A stretch of DNA of 64,000 nt. Source: an uncultured delta proteobacterium (GTDB taxonomy: Bacteria; Myxococcota; Myxococcia; Myxococcales; Myxococcaceae). A model generated the notes under the pieces. It did no database searches. It was not told where the DNA came from and worked only from the letters and a program-made list of their open reading frames with translations. Every line of letters starts with the position of its first letter. Positions within the stretch are counted from its first letter, which is position 1. Below are positions 9,907 to 20,353 of the stretch, one piece after another. The stretch is taken from positions 32,001 to 96,000 of the forward strand of contig CAVYSY010000051.1 of the NCBI GenBank assembly GCA_963771175.1, given 5' to 3'. The translations under genes and the position numbers were made by a program.

Positions 9907-12278
9907 TACTTCACCCTCCGGCCGATACGGCCATCCGCGGCGGCGTTGGCGATGGGCATTTCCGTGGGGTTCTCACAGAAGCTCTCGAGCTGCCGGGTGA
10001 CCGAGCCGCACTCCTGGGCACCCGCGAGCGCGTCGCGGCAGTTGCAGCGGCCGGTGTACGGGCCCGAGGGCACGGCGCACGTGGTGCGGATCTCATCCAG
10101 CGTGATGTCCGGCTTGTTGCAGCGCTGGGCCGCGTCGGCGGGCACGTTGAGGAGCTGGCGGCACGTGCAGTCGCCCACCTTGCGCGCCAGCGCGTCCTCG
10201 AACTCCTGGGCCTTGCGGCAGAAGTTGCGCAGCTCGTCGTCCACCACCCACTTGCCGCTCTGCAGCGTGCCGCACTGCTCGCCCGTCTTGGATGCCGTGC
10301 GGCCCGCGTTGATGTCCTCACAGGTGCAGAAACCCTGCATGTAGCCGATGAGCGAGTCGCGCAGGGAGATGCCCGTCTCCTGGCGGGTGGTGTTGCGCTT
10401 GAGGACGCTGAAGCCCGAGCCGCCCTTGGCGATGTAGTCGTTCACCGCCACGCGGTACATGCCGTTGGAGTTGATGGGGTTGCCGTTGATGAAGACGTCC
10501 GTGGCGGTGTGGGCCCAGCAGCGAGCTCCGTCCTGGTCCTGGAGGCACTGCCAGGGCGCGTGGCCCTCGCGGTTCTCCTGGGGGCAGTCCGCGGCGTTCT
10601 TCGCCGGCTCGCACGGAATGCGCAGCTCGTTGAGCTGCACCTGGGCGCAGTCCATGGTGAAGCGCGCGCCGGAGATCTGCGCCTGGCTGAGGCAGCCGCG
10701 GCTGGCGGAGCGATCGGCCACGAAGTCGAGCATCTCCTGAATCTCCACGCCCGAGAGGTTCATGATGTTGATGGTGTTCTCGAACGGGAACACGTTGAAC
10801 ATCGCCTCCTGGGTCACCGTGCCGGCGTAGAGGTTGTCGCGGATGCCGAGCGAGTTGGTGAGGGCCATCTCCGCCTCCACGGCGCGGCGCTTGCGCATGG
10901 AGTCCGCGGTGATGTTGCCCAGCGGCGAGTCACCGCTCGAGGAGGAGTTGTTGCGGCGATCCAGGTCGCGCGGCGCGTAGGAGAAGATGGAGGTGAGCTG
11001 CAGGTTGAAGTCCATGCCCAGCAGGTAGGGCTGGAGCAGGCCCGTGGTGTCGCGGTCCTCCTGCTCCTGGCACTTGCGGATGGCCGCGCGCACGCCCTGG
11101 GCGTTGATGAAGTCGCCCGGGTTCCAGAAGTTGTCCTTGTACCACTTGCGCATGGCGTCGTCGCACCACAGCCCGTCCAGGGGGAAGGGGCGGTAGGAGT
11201 GGCTGACGACCTCGGCGCCATCCAGCGTGCCCTTCTCCTGGGGCACCTTCACCATCACGTCCAGGCGGCCCACGTACTTGGCGAAGGCGCCCGAGTGGAC
11301 CACCAGCACCTTGCGGCCGCTGGGATCGCTGAGCTGCTGCGGCGGGTTGAGCACCACGTGCAGGTGGCCGCCCAGGATGATGTCCAGGCCGGACACGCCG
11401 GGGATGCGCACCTTCACCACCGCCTGGGGGTTGCCCTCCACGGCCGGATCCGCCCACTCGAGCAGCTCCCACCGGTCCTGCTCGCGCTCCAGGTAGGGTT
11501 TCGCGCGCTCGTACTCGTAATAGGCTTCGTAGCCGCGGATGAGATCCTGATCCTCGGTGAGGCCCAGATGACTGACCACCACGACGAGGTCCACCACCGG
11601 GCGCAGCATCTGCACGTAGGCGCGCGCCGCCTCGTTCTGCTCCAGCGGGGTGGCCTGCAGCGAGTTGCCACCCTCCACCAGGGAGTTGAGCGAGGCGAGG
11701 TTGGCCATGCCGATGATGCCCACCTTCAAGCCCTGCACGTTGCGGATGATGTAGGGCGTGGTGTTGAGCGCGGCCTGCTCGTTGCCGGCGTCCTTGGGGC
11801 TGTCCCAGTAGTAGTTGGCCGCCATCAGCGGGAAGCTGGCGAAGTCGCGCGTCTTCTCCACGAAGTTGCGCAGGCCGGCGTCGAACTCGTGGTTGCCGAT
11901 GACGGCCGCGTCCAGCCCCGTCCTGGAGAGGAAGCGGAACTCGGCCTCGCCGCTGTTGAGGTTGAAGATGGGCGCGCCCTGGAAGCAGTCACCCGAGTCC
12001 AGGTGCAGCACGCGCTCGGCGCGCTGGCGCTCGCGCTTGAGGATGGCCGCCATGCGGGTGGCCCCACCGAAGGGGCCCGCCTCGGGGATGAGGCCGAGGT
12101 CCGTGTCCGTCTTCAGCGGCGCGAAGTCGTACGGGATGAGCCGCGAGTGGATGTCCGAGGTGTGCAGCAGCGTGAGCCGGACCTCCTGACCACTCAGGTC
12201 GATGTCCTCTCCCTGCATCACGGGCATGCATGAGGCGGAGAGCAGGGCACACAGGAGGCCGAGCAGGTGACGTCGCAT
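9906..12278 (-). CDS. Lipoprotein bifunctional metallophosphatase/5'-nucleotidase
   Basis: Lipobox LLSASC; HTSDIH, DSGD, GNHEFD, SHLG, GGHLH motifs; C-terminal nucleotidase domain (FPFEN, NDYIAKGGSGF); Cys-rich tail. Confidence 0.92.
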   Translation of the reverse strand: MRRHLLGLLCALLSASCMPVMQGEDIDLSGQEVRLTLLHTSDIHSRLIPYDFAPLKTDTDLGLIPEAGPFGGATRMAAILKRERQRAERVLHLDSGDCFQGAPIFNLNSGEAEFRFLSRTGLDAAVIGNHEFDAGLRNFVEKTRDFASFPLMAANYYWDSPKDAGNEQAALNTTPYIIRNVQGLKVGIIGMANLASLNSLVEGGNSLQATPLEQNEAARAYVQMLRPVVDLVVVVSHLGLTEDQDLIRGYEAYYEYERAKPYLEREQDRWELLEWADPAVEGNPQAVVKVRIPGVSGLDIILGGHLHVVLNPPQQLSDPSGRKVLVVHSGAFAKYVGRLDVMVKVPQEKGTLDGAEVVSHSYRPFPLDGLWCDDAMRKWYKDNFWNPGDFINAQGVRAAIRKCQEQEDRDTTGLLQPYLLGMDFNLQLTSIFSYAPRDLDRRNNSSSSGDSPLGNITADSMRKRRAVEAEMALTNSLGIRDNLYAGTVTQEAMFNVFPFENTINIMNLSGVEIQEMLDFVADRSASRGCLSQAQISGARFTMDCAQVQLNELRIPCEPAKNAADCPQENREGHAPWQCLQDQDGARCWAHTATDVFINGNPINSNGMYRVAVNDYIAKGGSGFSVLKRNTTRQETGISLRDSLIGYMQGFCTCEDINAGRTASKTGEQCGTLQSGKWVVDDELRNFCRKAQEFEDALARKVGDCTCRQLLNVPADAAQRCNKPDITLDEIRTTCAVPSGPYTGRCNCRDALAGAQECGSVTRQLESFCENPTEMPIANAAADGRIGRRVK

Positions 12279-12396
12279 CGGGGGGAATCCGGGGGGCTTG
12301 AAGAATTTGACCGCTAGACGACGGCGCAAGGTACGGGATCATCCGCAGGTGGGCAAGCAACCCCACTACGTCAGGGTCTTCCGATAGGGAGCAGGC

Positions 12397-13071
12397 ATGC
12401 GAACGAGCAGCCATTCTTCAGTGACGGATATCGAGATCATCGAGGATTTCTCGGCGAGTGCGCGCTGCGACGAGGGCTTCCTGCGGGTGCGGCGGCTGCG
12501 GTGCCAGAACCGGCGGGCGGACGGCACGGCGTCCAAGGTGTACCGGGTGGACGTGGTGGATCGGCCGCGGCTGGATGCGGTGGCGGTGCTGGTGTATCGC
12601 CGCGGTGCGTCGGGGCTGGAGGTGCTGACGCGGATGAACCTGCGGCCGGCGGCCTACTTCCGGCGGGGCAAGGAGATGACGGTTCCGGACCCGGCGACGT
12701 ACCTGCGGGTGGAGGAGATCGTCGCGGGGCTGCTGGAGCCGGAGGACAAGGGCGAGGCGGGCCTGCGTCACCGCGCGGCCGAGGAGGTTCACGAGGAGGC
12801 TGGGTACGAGGTGAAGCCGGAGGAGATCCAGTTGTTGGGGGCGGGCTTCTTCCTGGCGCCGGGCATCCTGTCGGAGAAGGTGTTCCCGGCGGCGGTGGAC
12901 GTGACGGGCAAGGAGCCCGGGGTGCCCAAGGGGGACGGCTCCCCGCTGGAGGAGGGCACGCACCTGCAGTGGAGGCCCATTCGCGAGCTGCTGGCGATGT
13001 GCCGGAGCGGGCAGGTGCCGGACGCGAAGACGGAGATCGCCATCCTGCGGCTGCTTGCCGAGCTGGCGTGA
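12397..13071 (+). CDS. NUDIX hydrolase (ADP-ribose pyrophosphatase-like)
   Basis: AGLLE...RAAEEVHEEAG Nudix box, PGILSE, DAKTEIA. Confidence 0.85.
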   Translation: MRTSSHSSVTDIEIIEDFSASARCDEGFLRVRRLRCQNRRADGTASKVYRVDVVDRPRLDAVAVLVYRRGASGLEVLTRMNLRPAAYFRRGKEMTVPDPATYLRVEEIVAGLLEPEDKGEAGLRHRAAEEVHEEAGYEVKPEEIQLLGAGFFLAPGILSEKVFPAAVDVTGKEPGVPKGDGSPLEEGTHLQWRPIRELLAMCRSGQVPDAKTEIAILRLLAELA

Positions 13072-13152
13072 CGGGCTGGGGCCGAGGGTGGCCGGGGAGG
13101 GCGGGACCGGGTAGGGTGCGCTCGGTTCGACTCTCCCCTCCGAGGTTGCCTG

Positions 13153-14610
13153 ATGTCGTCGTTGCCCCCGTGGCTTCAGCAGCTGCTGCCGATCCTCATC
13201 CTGCTCGCGGCGATCGCGCTGGTGATCGCGCGGTTGCCCAAGGTGGAACTCGGGCATTCCGAGGCCTTCAAGCGCCGACGCCTCCTCAACTGGATCCCGC
13301 TGGGCATGACGTACGCGTTCCTCTACATGGGGCGCTACAACGTCAACGTCGCCACCAGCGCGCTGGGCACCCGCACCTCGAACGCGGACTTCGGCACCAT
13401 CTTCTTCTGGGGCACGCTGACGTACGGCTTCGCCTTCCTCCTCAATGGCCCGCTGACGGACAGGCTGGGAGGGCGCAAGACGATCCTGTTGTCCGCGGCC
13501 GGCTCGTCGGTGTGCAACGTGCTGATGGGCGCGGTGGTGTACGGCGTGCTCGAGGGCGGGTGGCAGCCGCCGGGCGGCCTGGTGGCCACGCTGTCCTTCC
13601 TCTACGCGCTGAACATGTACTTCCAGAGCTTCGGCGCGGTCTCCATCGTCAAGGTGAACGCGGCCTGGTTCCACGTGAGGGAGCGAGGGCTGCTGGGCGG
13701 GGTGTTCGGCATCCTCATCTCGCTGGGCGTGTACTTCGCCTATGACTGGAGCCGCCTCATCTCCAAGGCGGCGCCCACGTGGTGGGTCTTCTTCGTGCCG
13801 GCGGCGATCCTCGCGGCCTTCGTGGTGCTGGACTTCTTCGTCATCCGGGACACGCCGAGCCACACGGGTCACCCGGACTTCGACACCGCCGATGCCTCCT
13901 CCGGGGACACCGGGCCGCACCTCGGGCCCAAGGACGTGTTCTCGAAGATGATCCGCAACCCGATCATCCTCACCATCCTGGCCATCGAGTTCTGCAGCGG
14001 CTACCAGCGCAACGCCATCATGCAGTGGTACCCCAAGTTCGCGAAGGCCACGGGCCTGGGCGAGTCTTTCGTGGCGGCCAACTGGGGCATGCTGCTGTGC
14101 GTGGCGGGTATCACCGGAGGCATGTTCGCCGGTGTCATCTCGGATCGGGTGTTCGACTCGCGGCGCGGGCCCGTCTCCGCGGTGCTCTACGCGGGCATGT
14201 CCCTGGGCGCGGTGGCCTCGCTCTTCCTGCTCCACAACTGGATGCTGGGCTGGACGGTCATCTTCATGTCCCTGTGCGTCATCGGCGTGCACGGGATGCT
14301 GTCGGGCACCGCCAGCATGGACTTCGGCGGCAAGAAGAACGCGGGCCTGGCGGTGGGCATCATCGACGGCGCCGTCTACGCGGGCACCGCCTTCCAGTCG
14401 CTGCTGCTCGGCAAGCTCCTCCCCTCGGGCGAGGCAGCGAAGGACACGGCCAACTGGAGCAACTGGCCCATCGCCCTGGTGCCGCTGTCCTTCGTCGGCC
14501 TGCTGCTGGCCACCCGGGTGTGGAACGCGAAGCCGCAGCCCAAGGCGGCACCGCAGCCCTCCGCCGTCCCCGCTCCGGCGCCGGCCGCCCGCACCGGCAC
14601 CGAGGGCTGA
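13153..14610 (+). CDS. MFS transporter, GlpT/UhpC-like organophosphate family
   Basis: About 12 hydrophobic segments; YAFLYMGRYN, DRLGGR, WFHVRERG, RDTP, SDRVFDSRR motifs. Confidence 0.88.
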   Translation: MSSLPPWLQQLLPILILLAAIALVIARLPKVELGHSEAFKRRRLLNWIPLGMTYAFLYMGRYNVNVATSALGTRTSNADFGTIFFWGTLTYGFAFLLNGPLTDRLGGRKTILLSAAGSSVCNVLMGAVVYGVLEGGWQPPGGLVATLSFLYALNMYFQSFGAVSIVKVNAAWFHVRERGLLGGVFGILISLGVYFAYDWSRLISKAAPTWWVFFVPAAILAAFVVLDFFVIRDTPSHTGHPDFDTADASSGDTGPHLGPKDVFSKMIRNPIILTILAIEFCSGYQRNAIMQWYPKFAKATGLGESFVAANWGMLLCVAGITGGMFAGVISDRVFDSRRGPVSAVLYAGMSLGAVASLFLLHNWMLGWTVIFMSLCVIGVHGMLSGTASMDFGGKKNAGLAVGIIDGAVYAGTAFQSLLLGKLLPSGEAAKDTANWSNWPIALVPLSFVGLLLATRVWNAKPQPKAAPQPSAVPAPAPAARTGTEG

Positions 14611-14653
14611 GCGCGCGTCCTCCCGTGGCATGCGAAACGACCCGGGAGCGCCC

Positions 14654-14748
14654 TCACTTCTGGACGTCCAGAAGTGATGTGGTTCCTGCGCCTATATGTC
14701 ACTCGTAGTCGACTACGAGTGGACTCCACTTCCAGACGTCTGGAAGTG
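14654..14748. repeat. Cluster of three perfect palindromes (REP-like)
   Basis: TCACTTCTGGACGTCCAGAAGTGA (14654-14677), CACTCGTAGTCGACTACGAGTG (14700-14721), CACTTCCAGACGTCTGGAAGTG (14727-14748). Confidence 0.9.
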
Positions 14749-14763
14749 ACCCGGCTTCTCGAG

Positions 14764-15685
14764 TCAAGGTTCGTCGAGGAAGCGGCGCTCCCAGCGGCGG
14801 ACGCGCTCCGGAACCTCGAGGTGCGCGTGTCGGGACTCCGTGCGGTAGAGCCAGGGCTCCAGCACGCGCGCGAGCTCCCGGTAGGCCGGCAACGTGCGGC
14901 CCTGCTCGGTGTCGCCGGCATCTGGCCACGGACCCAGGGTGACGACGGCCCGCTCCCCCTCCAATTCCTGCACGGTGGTCCCCGGGGAGTGGAGCCGTTC
15001 CCTCAGTCCCGCCGCGCCCCCCAGTTCGCCCAGCACGGGCTGGCCCAGGAAGTTCAGCCAATGCACGCCTTTGACCCTCGTGCCAATGCTATGACGAGAG
15101 GTAACGAGTCGGGAATGTCCATGCCGGGGTAGCGGAAGCACAGATCGCGCGCCCCGTCGCTCATCGACCAAGCAGGAGAGTCTCGCCGTTGAAGGAGAGT
15201 CCGGCATGGCCCGAGCAGAAGGGCAGGGGGGCCGCCAGCTCCAGCGCCAACTCGCGCACTCGCCCCGGCCCGTGCTGCACCAGGTACTCGGTGGGCAGCG
15301 AGAAGGACACGACGGATACCAGTTGCGACCCGTCGCTCTCCCAGGGGAGTGGCTCGAGTGTTCCTGCCGCGGTAATCGAACGCGTAGCGATCTCGTTGGT
15401 CACGCTATCCGCCAGGTGGACGTTGGCACAGCGAGGGTGCCGCAGTTGCTCCATGATGTACGCCCATCCGGCGCTCCCCAAGGTTTTGCCAGTAGCCGTC
15501 CTGCGCGGCATACAGGCTGAGCGCCCCCGGTCCCACCGCACGCAAGTACGCATCCAGTGAGTGCATCACTCCTTGTGCGATCCGCGCGTGAGGATGGCGC
15601 AGGTAGAACGTGACACTCAGTCCATCGCGAGCCAGAAGGGGTCCGCCGTCCGCGTAGATGCGGATTCTCGGAGGGTGTCACTCAT
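14764..15685 (-). pseudogene. DUF3396 (TsiV-like) immunity protein, multiply disrupted
   Basis: Fragments PRIRIYA..DGLSVTFYL, SFSLPTEYL..GPGRVRELALELAAPLPFCSGHAGLSFN, GVHWLNFLGQPVLGELGG, LPAYRELARVLEPWL..RRWERRFLD in different frames. Confidence 0.8.
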
Positions 15686-16465
15686 CGGATGACTCCCCGT
15701 CGCGGTACGACGCGTGCTGGTTCGCTGCTCGAATACCCTCTCGTACACTTTTCCCTGGTTCAACCCAGCGTAGGGGTGGCCTGGGGGGTAGAGATTCCAC
15801 TCGGGGAGCTTATCCCTGTTCACGCAGGGGAACTTGAAATCGTAGACCTCCTGCACCACGAGCGGGTCGCCCGCGTGAATCACCACATCGGGCTGGAGCG
15901 AGCCCAGCAACTCGCTGGCATTTCCGGTCGCTTCCAGGAGCCGCTCCTCCTCGCGGCTGACCAGCTTCCACCGCCCCGTCCGTGAGTCGTAACGGTAGCG
16001 CTGCTCCAGGTTGAATCCTCCCGGGCGCAGCTTGCCCAGCCGCTCCCCGGCGCATTTCAGGGCCTCTTCGTGCATTTCCACGCCCAACTGCATGGCCCAC
16101 GTCATGCCCCTGCGCTTCGCGTTCTTCGCCGGCTCATTGCACTCGTCGGCGTTGGGGAAGAGCTCTTCGAAATCCCCTTCGTGCCGCAACAGGACCTCCG
16201 AGCGGGCCAGGTTCGCGCATTCCGCGAGCGTCTGGTCGAGGGCTGACTTCTCCGCCACGTTCAGCGCCACCTTCACGACGGCGGTGGTGGAGGCGATCTC
16301 CTTCCCATAGAGCGCGACGCAACCAGTGATGCTGTGGCGGCAGGTGGCCGATGGGGAGTCGGCGTAGCGGAGCGAGGACGCATGCCTGGGGGTGATCGCA
16401 CAGGCTGGGAGGAGCACATAGCCGACGAGCATCCACCATGTCCTGAACAGGGGCCGGTACGGCAT
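15617..16465 (-). CDS. Putative lipoprotein toxin with PD-(D/E)xK-like nuclease motif (3' end probably frameshifted)
   Basis: Possible lipobox LLPAC; PDVVIH...VYDFKFPC motif; immediately upstream of the DUF3396 gene. Confidence 0.65.
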   Translation of the reverse strand: MPYRPLFRTWWMLVGYVLLPACAITPRHASSLRYADSPSATCRHSITGCVALYGKEIASTTAVVKVALNVAEKSALDQTLAECANLARSEVLLRHEGDFEELFPNADECNEPAKNAKRRGMTWAMQLGVEMHEEALKCAGERLGKLRPGGFNLEQRYRYDSRTGRWKLVSREEERLLEATGNASELLGSLQPDVVIHAGDPLVVQEVYDFKFPCVNRDKLPEWNLYPPGHPYAGLNQGKVYERVFEQRTSTRRTATGSHPMSDTLRESASTRTADPFWLAMD

Positions 16466-16560
16466 CGGGGATCGTCCCTCTTCGAGCAGGAGGCTCTTGG
16501 GTGTAGCTCCTTTGTGGTCAAAGGGCGAGGCGTTTCTGTCCTACATGCCCGAGAGGGGGC

Positions 16561-16588
16561 CGCTTCTGGACGTCCAGAAGTGAAGTGG
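16561..16588. repeat. Second copy of the CTTCTGGACGTCCAGAAG palindrome
   Basis: CTTCTGGACGTCCAGAAGTGAxGTGG shared with 14657-14682. Confidence 0.88.
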
Positions 16589-16673
16589 GCCCTCGACGGT
16601 GGGCGTTCACTGGCCACCAGCCCCGGGCCCCGGGTCACTAGGACGTGACAGACTCGTGACCTAGAGTGCGGGC

Positions 16674-18231
16674 GTGTCCCAGGTTCCCACACCGTTGTTG
16701 CAGAACCGGCTCGACGTCCACGACCGGAAGCAGTTCGAGATCAAGCTCGAGTACCAGCCCTCCGGGGCGGACGACGAGACGCGCTATCTCGTGGAGACGT
16801 ACGTCTTCCTGCCGGCGAGCCTGAACATCGACGCGGAGACGTACCCGCGAGCGGACTTCTACGCGGACATCCACAACTACGTGCGCTTCAAGACGCCGGT
16901 GATGTCGCTGGCGGAGCTGGTGTCCATGGACGGCTCGCCGTTGAGGCGGCTGGAGGCGGGGCTGCGCACGGGGCTCACCAGCGAGTCGGAGCTCGTCTAC
17001 CAGTCCAAGCTGCTGTCCTGCATCTTCCGCGGGGCGCTGCGGCGCTTCGCCCACAGCGTGAACGAGCGGTGCGAGGCCATGGCCCGGTCGGGAGATGCCT
17101 CGTGCGCGCAGCTCGAGGTCGACGTGCGGGCCAAGCGGGACGGAGCGCGGCGGGTGCTGGCGCGCTTCCGGGAGTGGGCGCGCTCGGCCAACCAGTGCCG
17201 GCTGCAGGAGAAGACGCGCGCCTCCATCCGCCTGGTGGACGAGTACATGAGCCTCACGGTGGAGCAGTTCTTCCGCAAGGCCGTGGCGGACATGGACGCG
17301 CTGCCCCGCACGGGCGTCTACATCGAGCTGCGCAAGGAGATGATGGAGGAGGTGCTGCGCGAGGAGCAGTACCGCAAGGACCACCAGCTCCGCTCGGTCA
17401 TCAGCCCCACCGGTGACAACGAGGAGTACATGCACCGGATCGGCTTCCTGAAGAAGTTCTGCATGAACATCCTCTTCCTGTCGGCGCGGCGGGCCGCGAA
17501 GCGCCAGGGCTGGGAGGAGGTGCTGTTCGCGCTCGCGGCGGGCGTGGCCATGGCCTTCGCCACCGCGGTGGCCCTCTGGGCGCAGGTCCGCTTCACGCAG
17601 GCGAGCCTCAACTTCTTCCTCATCATGGTGGTGGGCTACATGATGAAGGACCGCATCAAGGAGGGGATGCGGCGCATCTTCAGCCAGGTGGCGGCGCGGC
17701 ACCTGTACGACCGGACGGCGCACATCGTGGACCCGGTGACGGAGCCGGTGCCTGGGCATCTGCGAGGAGAAGGTGGACTACGGCAGCGCGGTGAAGGTGC
17801 CCGAGGAGGTGGCCGCGTTGCGCTCCCGTGACGACTTCATCACCGTCCTCCAGGGCGAGCTGGCCGAGACGGTCCTCCGCTACCAGAAGCAGGTGGTGCT
17901 GGACGTGGAGCTGCTGCCGCGCTCCGAGCGGGGGCTGAGTGGCATCACCGACATCATCCGGCTCAACGTGGAGCGCTTCCTGCGCGACATGGACGAGCCC
18001 GAGTACGCGCTGGAGTACGTGGACCTGGAGGACTTCTCGGTGGGCCGGGTGCGCGGCGCGAAGAGCTACCAGGTGGACCTGGCCTTCCGCTTCGTCGTCC
18101 AGGAGGCGGGACAGGAGCGGGTGTCGCTGCAGCTCGTCCGGCTGGTGCTGGACCGCAACGGCATCAAGCGGATGCTGCGCCTGTGCCCGGAGCAGCCTCC
18201 CCAGCCCGAGCCCCTCCGCTCGGTCGCCTGA
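16674..18231 (+). CDS. Hypothetical membrane protein (frameshift near 17750)
   Basis: Two ORFs with strong codon bias join across one indel; large soluble N-domain, two TM helices, soluble C-domain. Confidence 0.7.
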
Positions 18232-18285
18232 GTGGCCTGAATTCCGCGCTGCCCGGGCGCGAGGTGCCATGTATTCTGAAGGACC

Positions 18286-19032
18286 ATGGCCTCCAACCTC
18301 AGAACCCGCGTCCAGGAGGGCTGGCAGCAGACGCTGCGGGCCATCCTGGAGCAGGCACGCTCGCTCGGCTCTCAGGCGGTGCTCGCCTTCGACCTGGACT
18401 CGACCCTCTTCGACAACCGCCCCCGACAGGCGCGCATCCTCCGGGAGTTCGGTCTGGCCCGGGAGGTGGAGAAGCTGGGCGCCTGCGAGCCGCACCACTG
18501 GGAGAGCGGCTTCGACATGAGAGGCGGCCATGCGCAACTGTGGCCTGCTCGGCGGAGGAGGTGGAGACCCACTTCGAGGCGGCCCGGAGCTTCTGGCTGG
18601 AGCGCTTCTTCACCAGCGACTACTGCGAGGACGACGTGGCCATCCAGGGCGCCGCGGCCTTCACCCACGCGGTGGCGGCCACCGGGGCGCATCTGGCCTA
18701 CGTCACGGGTCGCCATGAGGGCATGCGGGCGGGCACCGTGGCGTGCATGCGTCGCAACGGGCTGGCCCTGCCCGGCGAGGGGCGGGTCGCACCTGCTGAT
18801 GAAGCCCACGGAGCGCGAGGACGACGACGCCTTCAAGCGCGCCGCTCATGCCCGGCTGGGGGAACTGGGGCAGGTCATCGCCGCCTTCGACAACGAGCCC
18901 ACCCACGCCAACGACTACCTGCGCCGCTTCCCGGAGGCCAAGGTCGTCCATCTGGCGACCGACCATTCGGGCCGGCCGGTGGTGCTCCTCGACGAAATCG
19001 TCTCCGTGCCGCACTTCTCCTTCGAGCCGTGA
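18286..19032 (+). CDS. HAD-superfamily hydrolase (two compensating frameshifts)
   Basis: FDLDSTL motif I; YVTGR in shifted frame; LLMKP; AFDNEPT. Confidence 0.78.
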   Translation: MASNLRTRVQEGWQQTLRAILEQARSLGSQAVLAFDLDSTLFDNRPRQARILREFGLAREVEKLGACEPHHWESGFDMRGGHAQLWPARRRRWRPTSRRPGASGWSASSPATTARTTWPSRAPRPSPTRWRPPGRIWPTSRVAMRACGRAPWRACVATGWPCPARGGSHLLMKPTEREDDDAFKRAAHARLGELGQVIAAFDNEPTHANDYLRRFPEAKVVHLATDHSGRPVVLLDEIVSVPHFSFEP

Positions 19033-19178
19033 CGCAATGCGCCCAAGGGTGGGCACAGGACGCGCCCGCCTGGTTTGCGCACGAAAGCCCTTGCAGTCCC
19101 ATGTCCGCGCGCTATGCAGGCGCACGGCGTCTGCCGCCTCTTCAACCCGGGGCGGCCTCATTGACGGAGGCATTGGCG

Positions 19179-20305
19179 GTGGCCAGCAAGTACTCGAAAG
19201 ACCTGCTGTTGACGATGTACCGGAAGATGTACCTCATGCGCCGCTTCGAGGAACGGGCGGGCCAGCAGTACGGTCTCGGGAAGATCGCCGGCTTCTGCCA
19301 TCTGTACATCGGCCAGGAGGCCGTGGCGGCCGGCGTCGAGGAGGCCATCCGCCCGGATGACTACATGCTCTCGGGCTACCGCGACCACGCCCAGCCGCTG
19401 GCGCGCGGCTCGGACGCGGGCATGGTGATGGCGGAGCTCTTCGGCCGCACCGGCGGCTACAGCAAGGGCAAGGGCGGCTCGATGCACATCTTCGACATCG
19501 AGCACCACTTCTACGGCGGCTACGGCATCGTCGGCGCGCAGATTCGGCCTGGCCGCGGGCATGGCCTTCGCCAGCCGCTACCGCAACGAGGACCGCATCA
19601 CCGTGTGCTACTTCGGTGACGCCGCGGCCAACCAGGGCATCTTCCACGAGACGCTCAACATGGCGGTGAAGTGGAAGCTGCCGGTGCTCTACATCTGCGA
19701 GAACAACCGCTACGGCATGGGCACGGCCATCGCGCGCACCTCGGCGGTGCCGGAGATCCACAAGCGCGGCGAGGGCTTCGGCATGCGCCACGAGGCCGTG
19801 GACGGCATGGACGTGCCTCAAGATGTACGAGGCGGTGAAGGACGCGGCCGCGTACATCCGCGCGGGCAATGGCCCGGTGCTGATGGAGGCCAACACCTAC
19901 CGCTTCCGCGGCCACTCCATGGCCGACCCCGCCACCTACCGCACCAAGCAGGAGGTGGAGGACGAGCGCAAGAACGACCCGATTCCGCGCCTCAGGGACT
20001 ACGCCCTCAAGCAGGGGCTGGCGAAGGACGAGGAGTTCGAGGCCATCGAGGCCGAGGTGAAGGAGCAGGTGGACGCGGCGGTGAAGTTCGCCGACGAGTC
20101 GCCCGAGCCGGACCTGTCCGAGCTGTGGAAGGACACCATCGTGGAGGAGGGCGAGGAGGACGTGCGCCCCCGCGAGCGCGTGCTGGGCGTGAAGGTGACG
20201 AAGTGGCCGAGGTACCCGTCGGGCCAGGAGCTGAAGGTGACCTGGGACCTCGAGCCGCGCGAGCAGGCCGAGAAGGCGGACAAGGCGGCCGGCCTCAAGC
20301 GCTAG
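19179..20305 (+). CDS. pdhA: Pyruvate dehydrogenase E1 alpha (frameshifted read)
   Basis: GFCHLYIGQEA, GKGGSMH, GDAAANQG..NN TPP motif, TYRFRGHSMADP. Confidence 0.95.
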
Positions 20306-20353
20306 CCCTCTTCCACTGACGACAACCTACGGATTTCGCATTCGGAGCCAACA

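Noticed and set aside
14654..14748. CRISPR array
   Set aside because: Units differ in sequence, spacing is irregular (22 and 5 bp), and no cas genes are present
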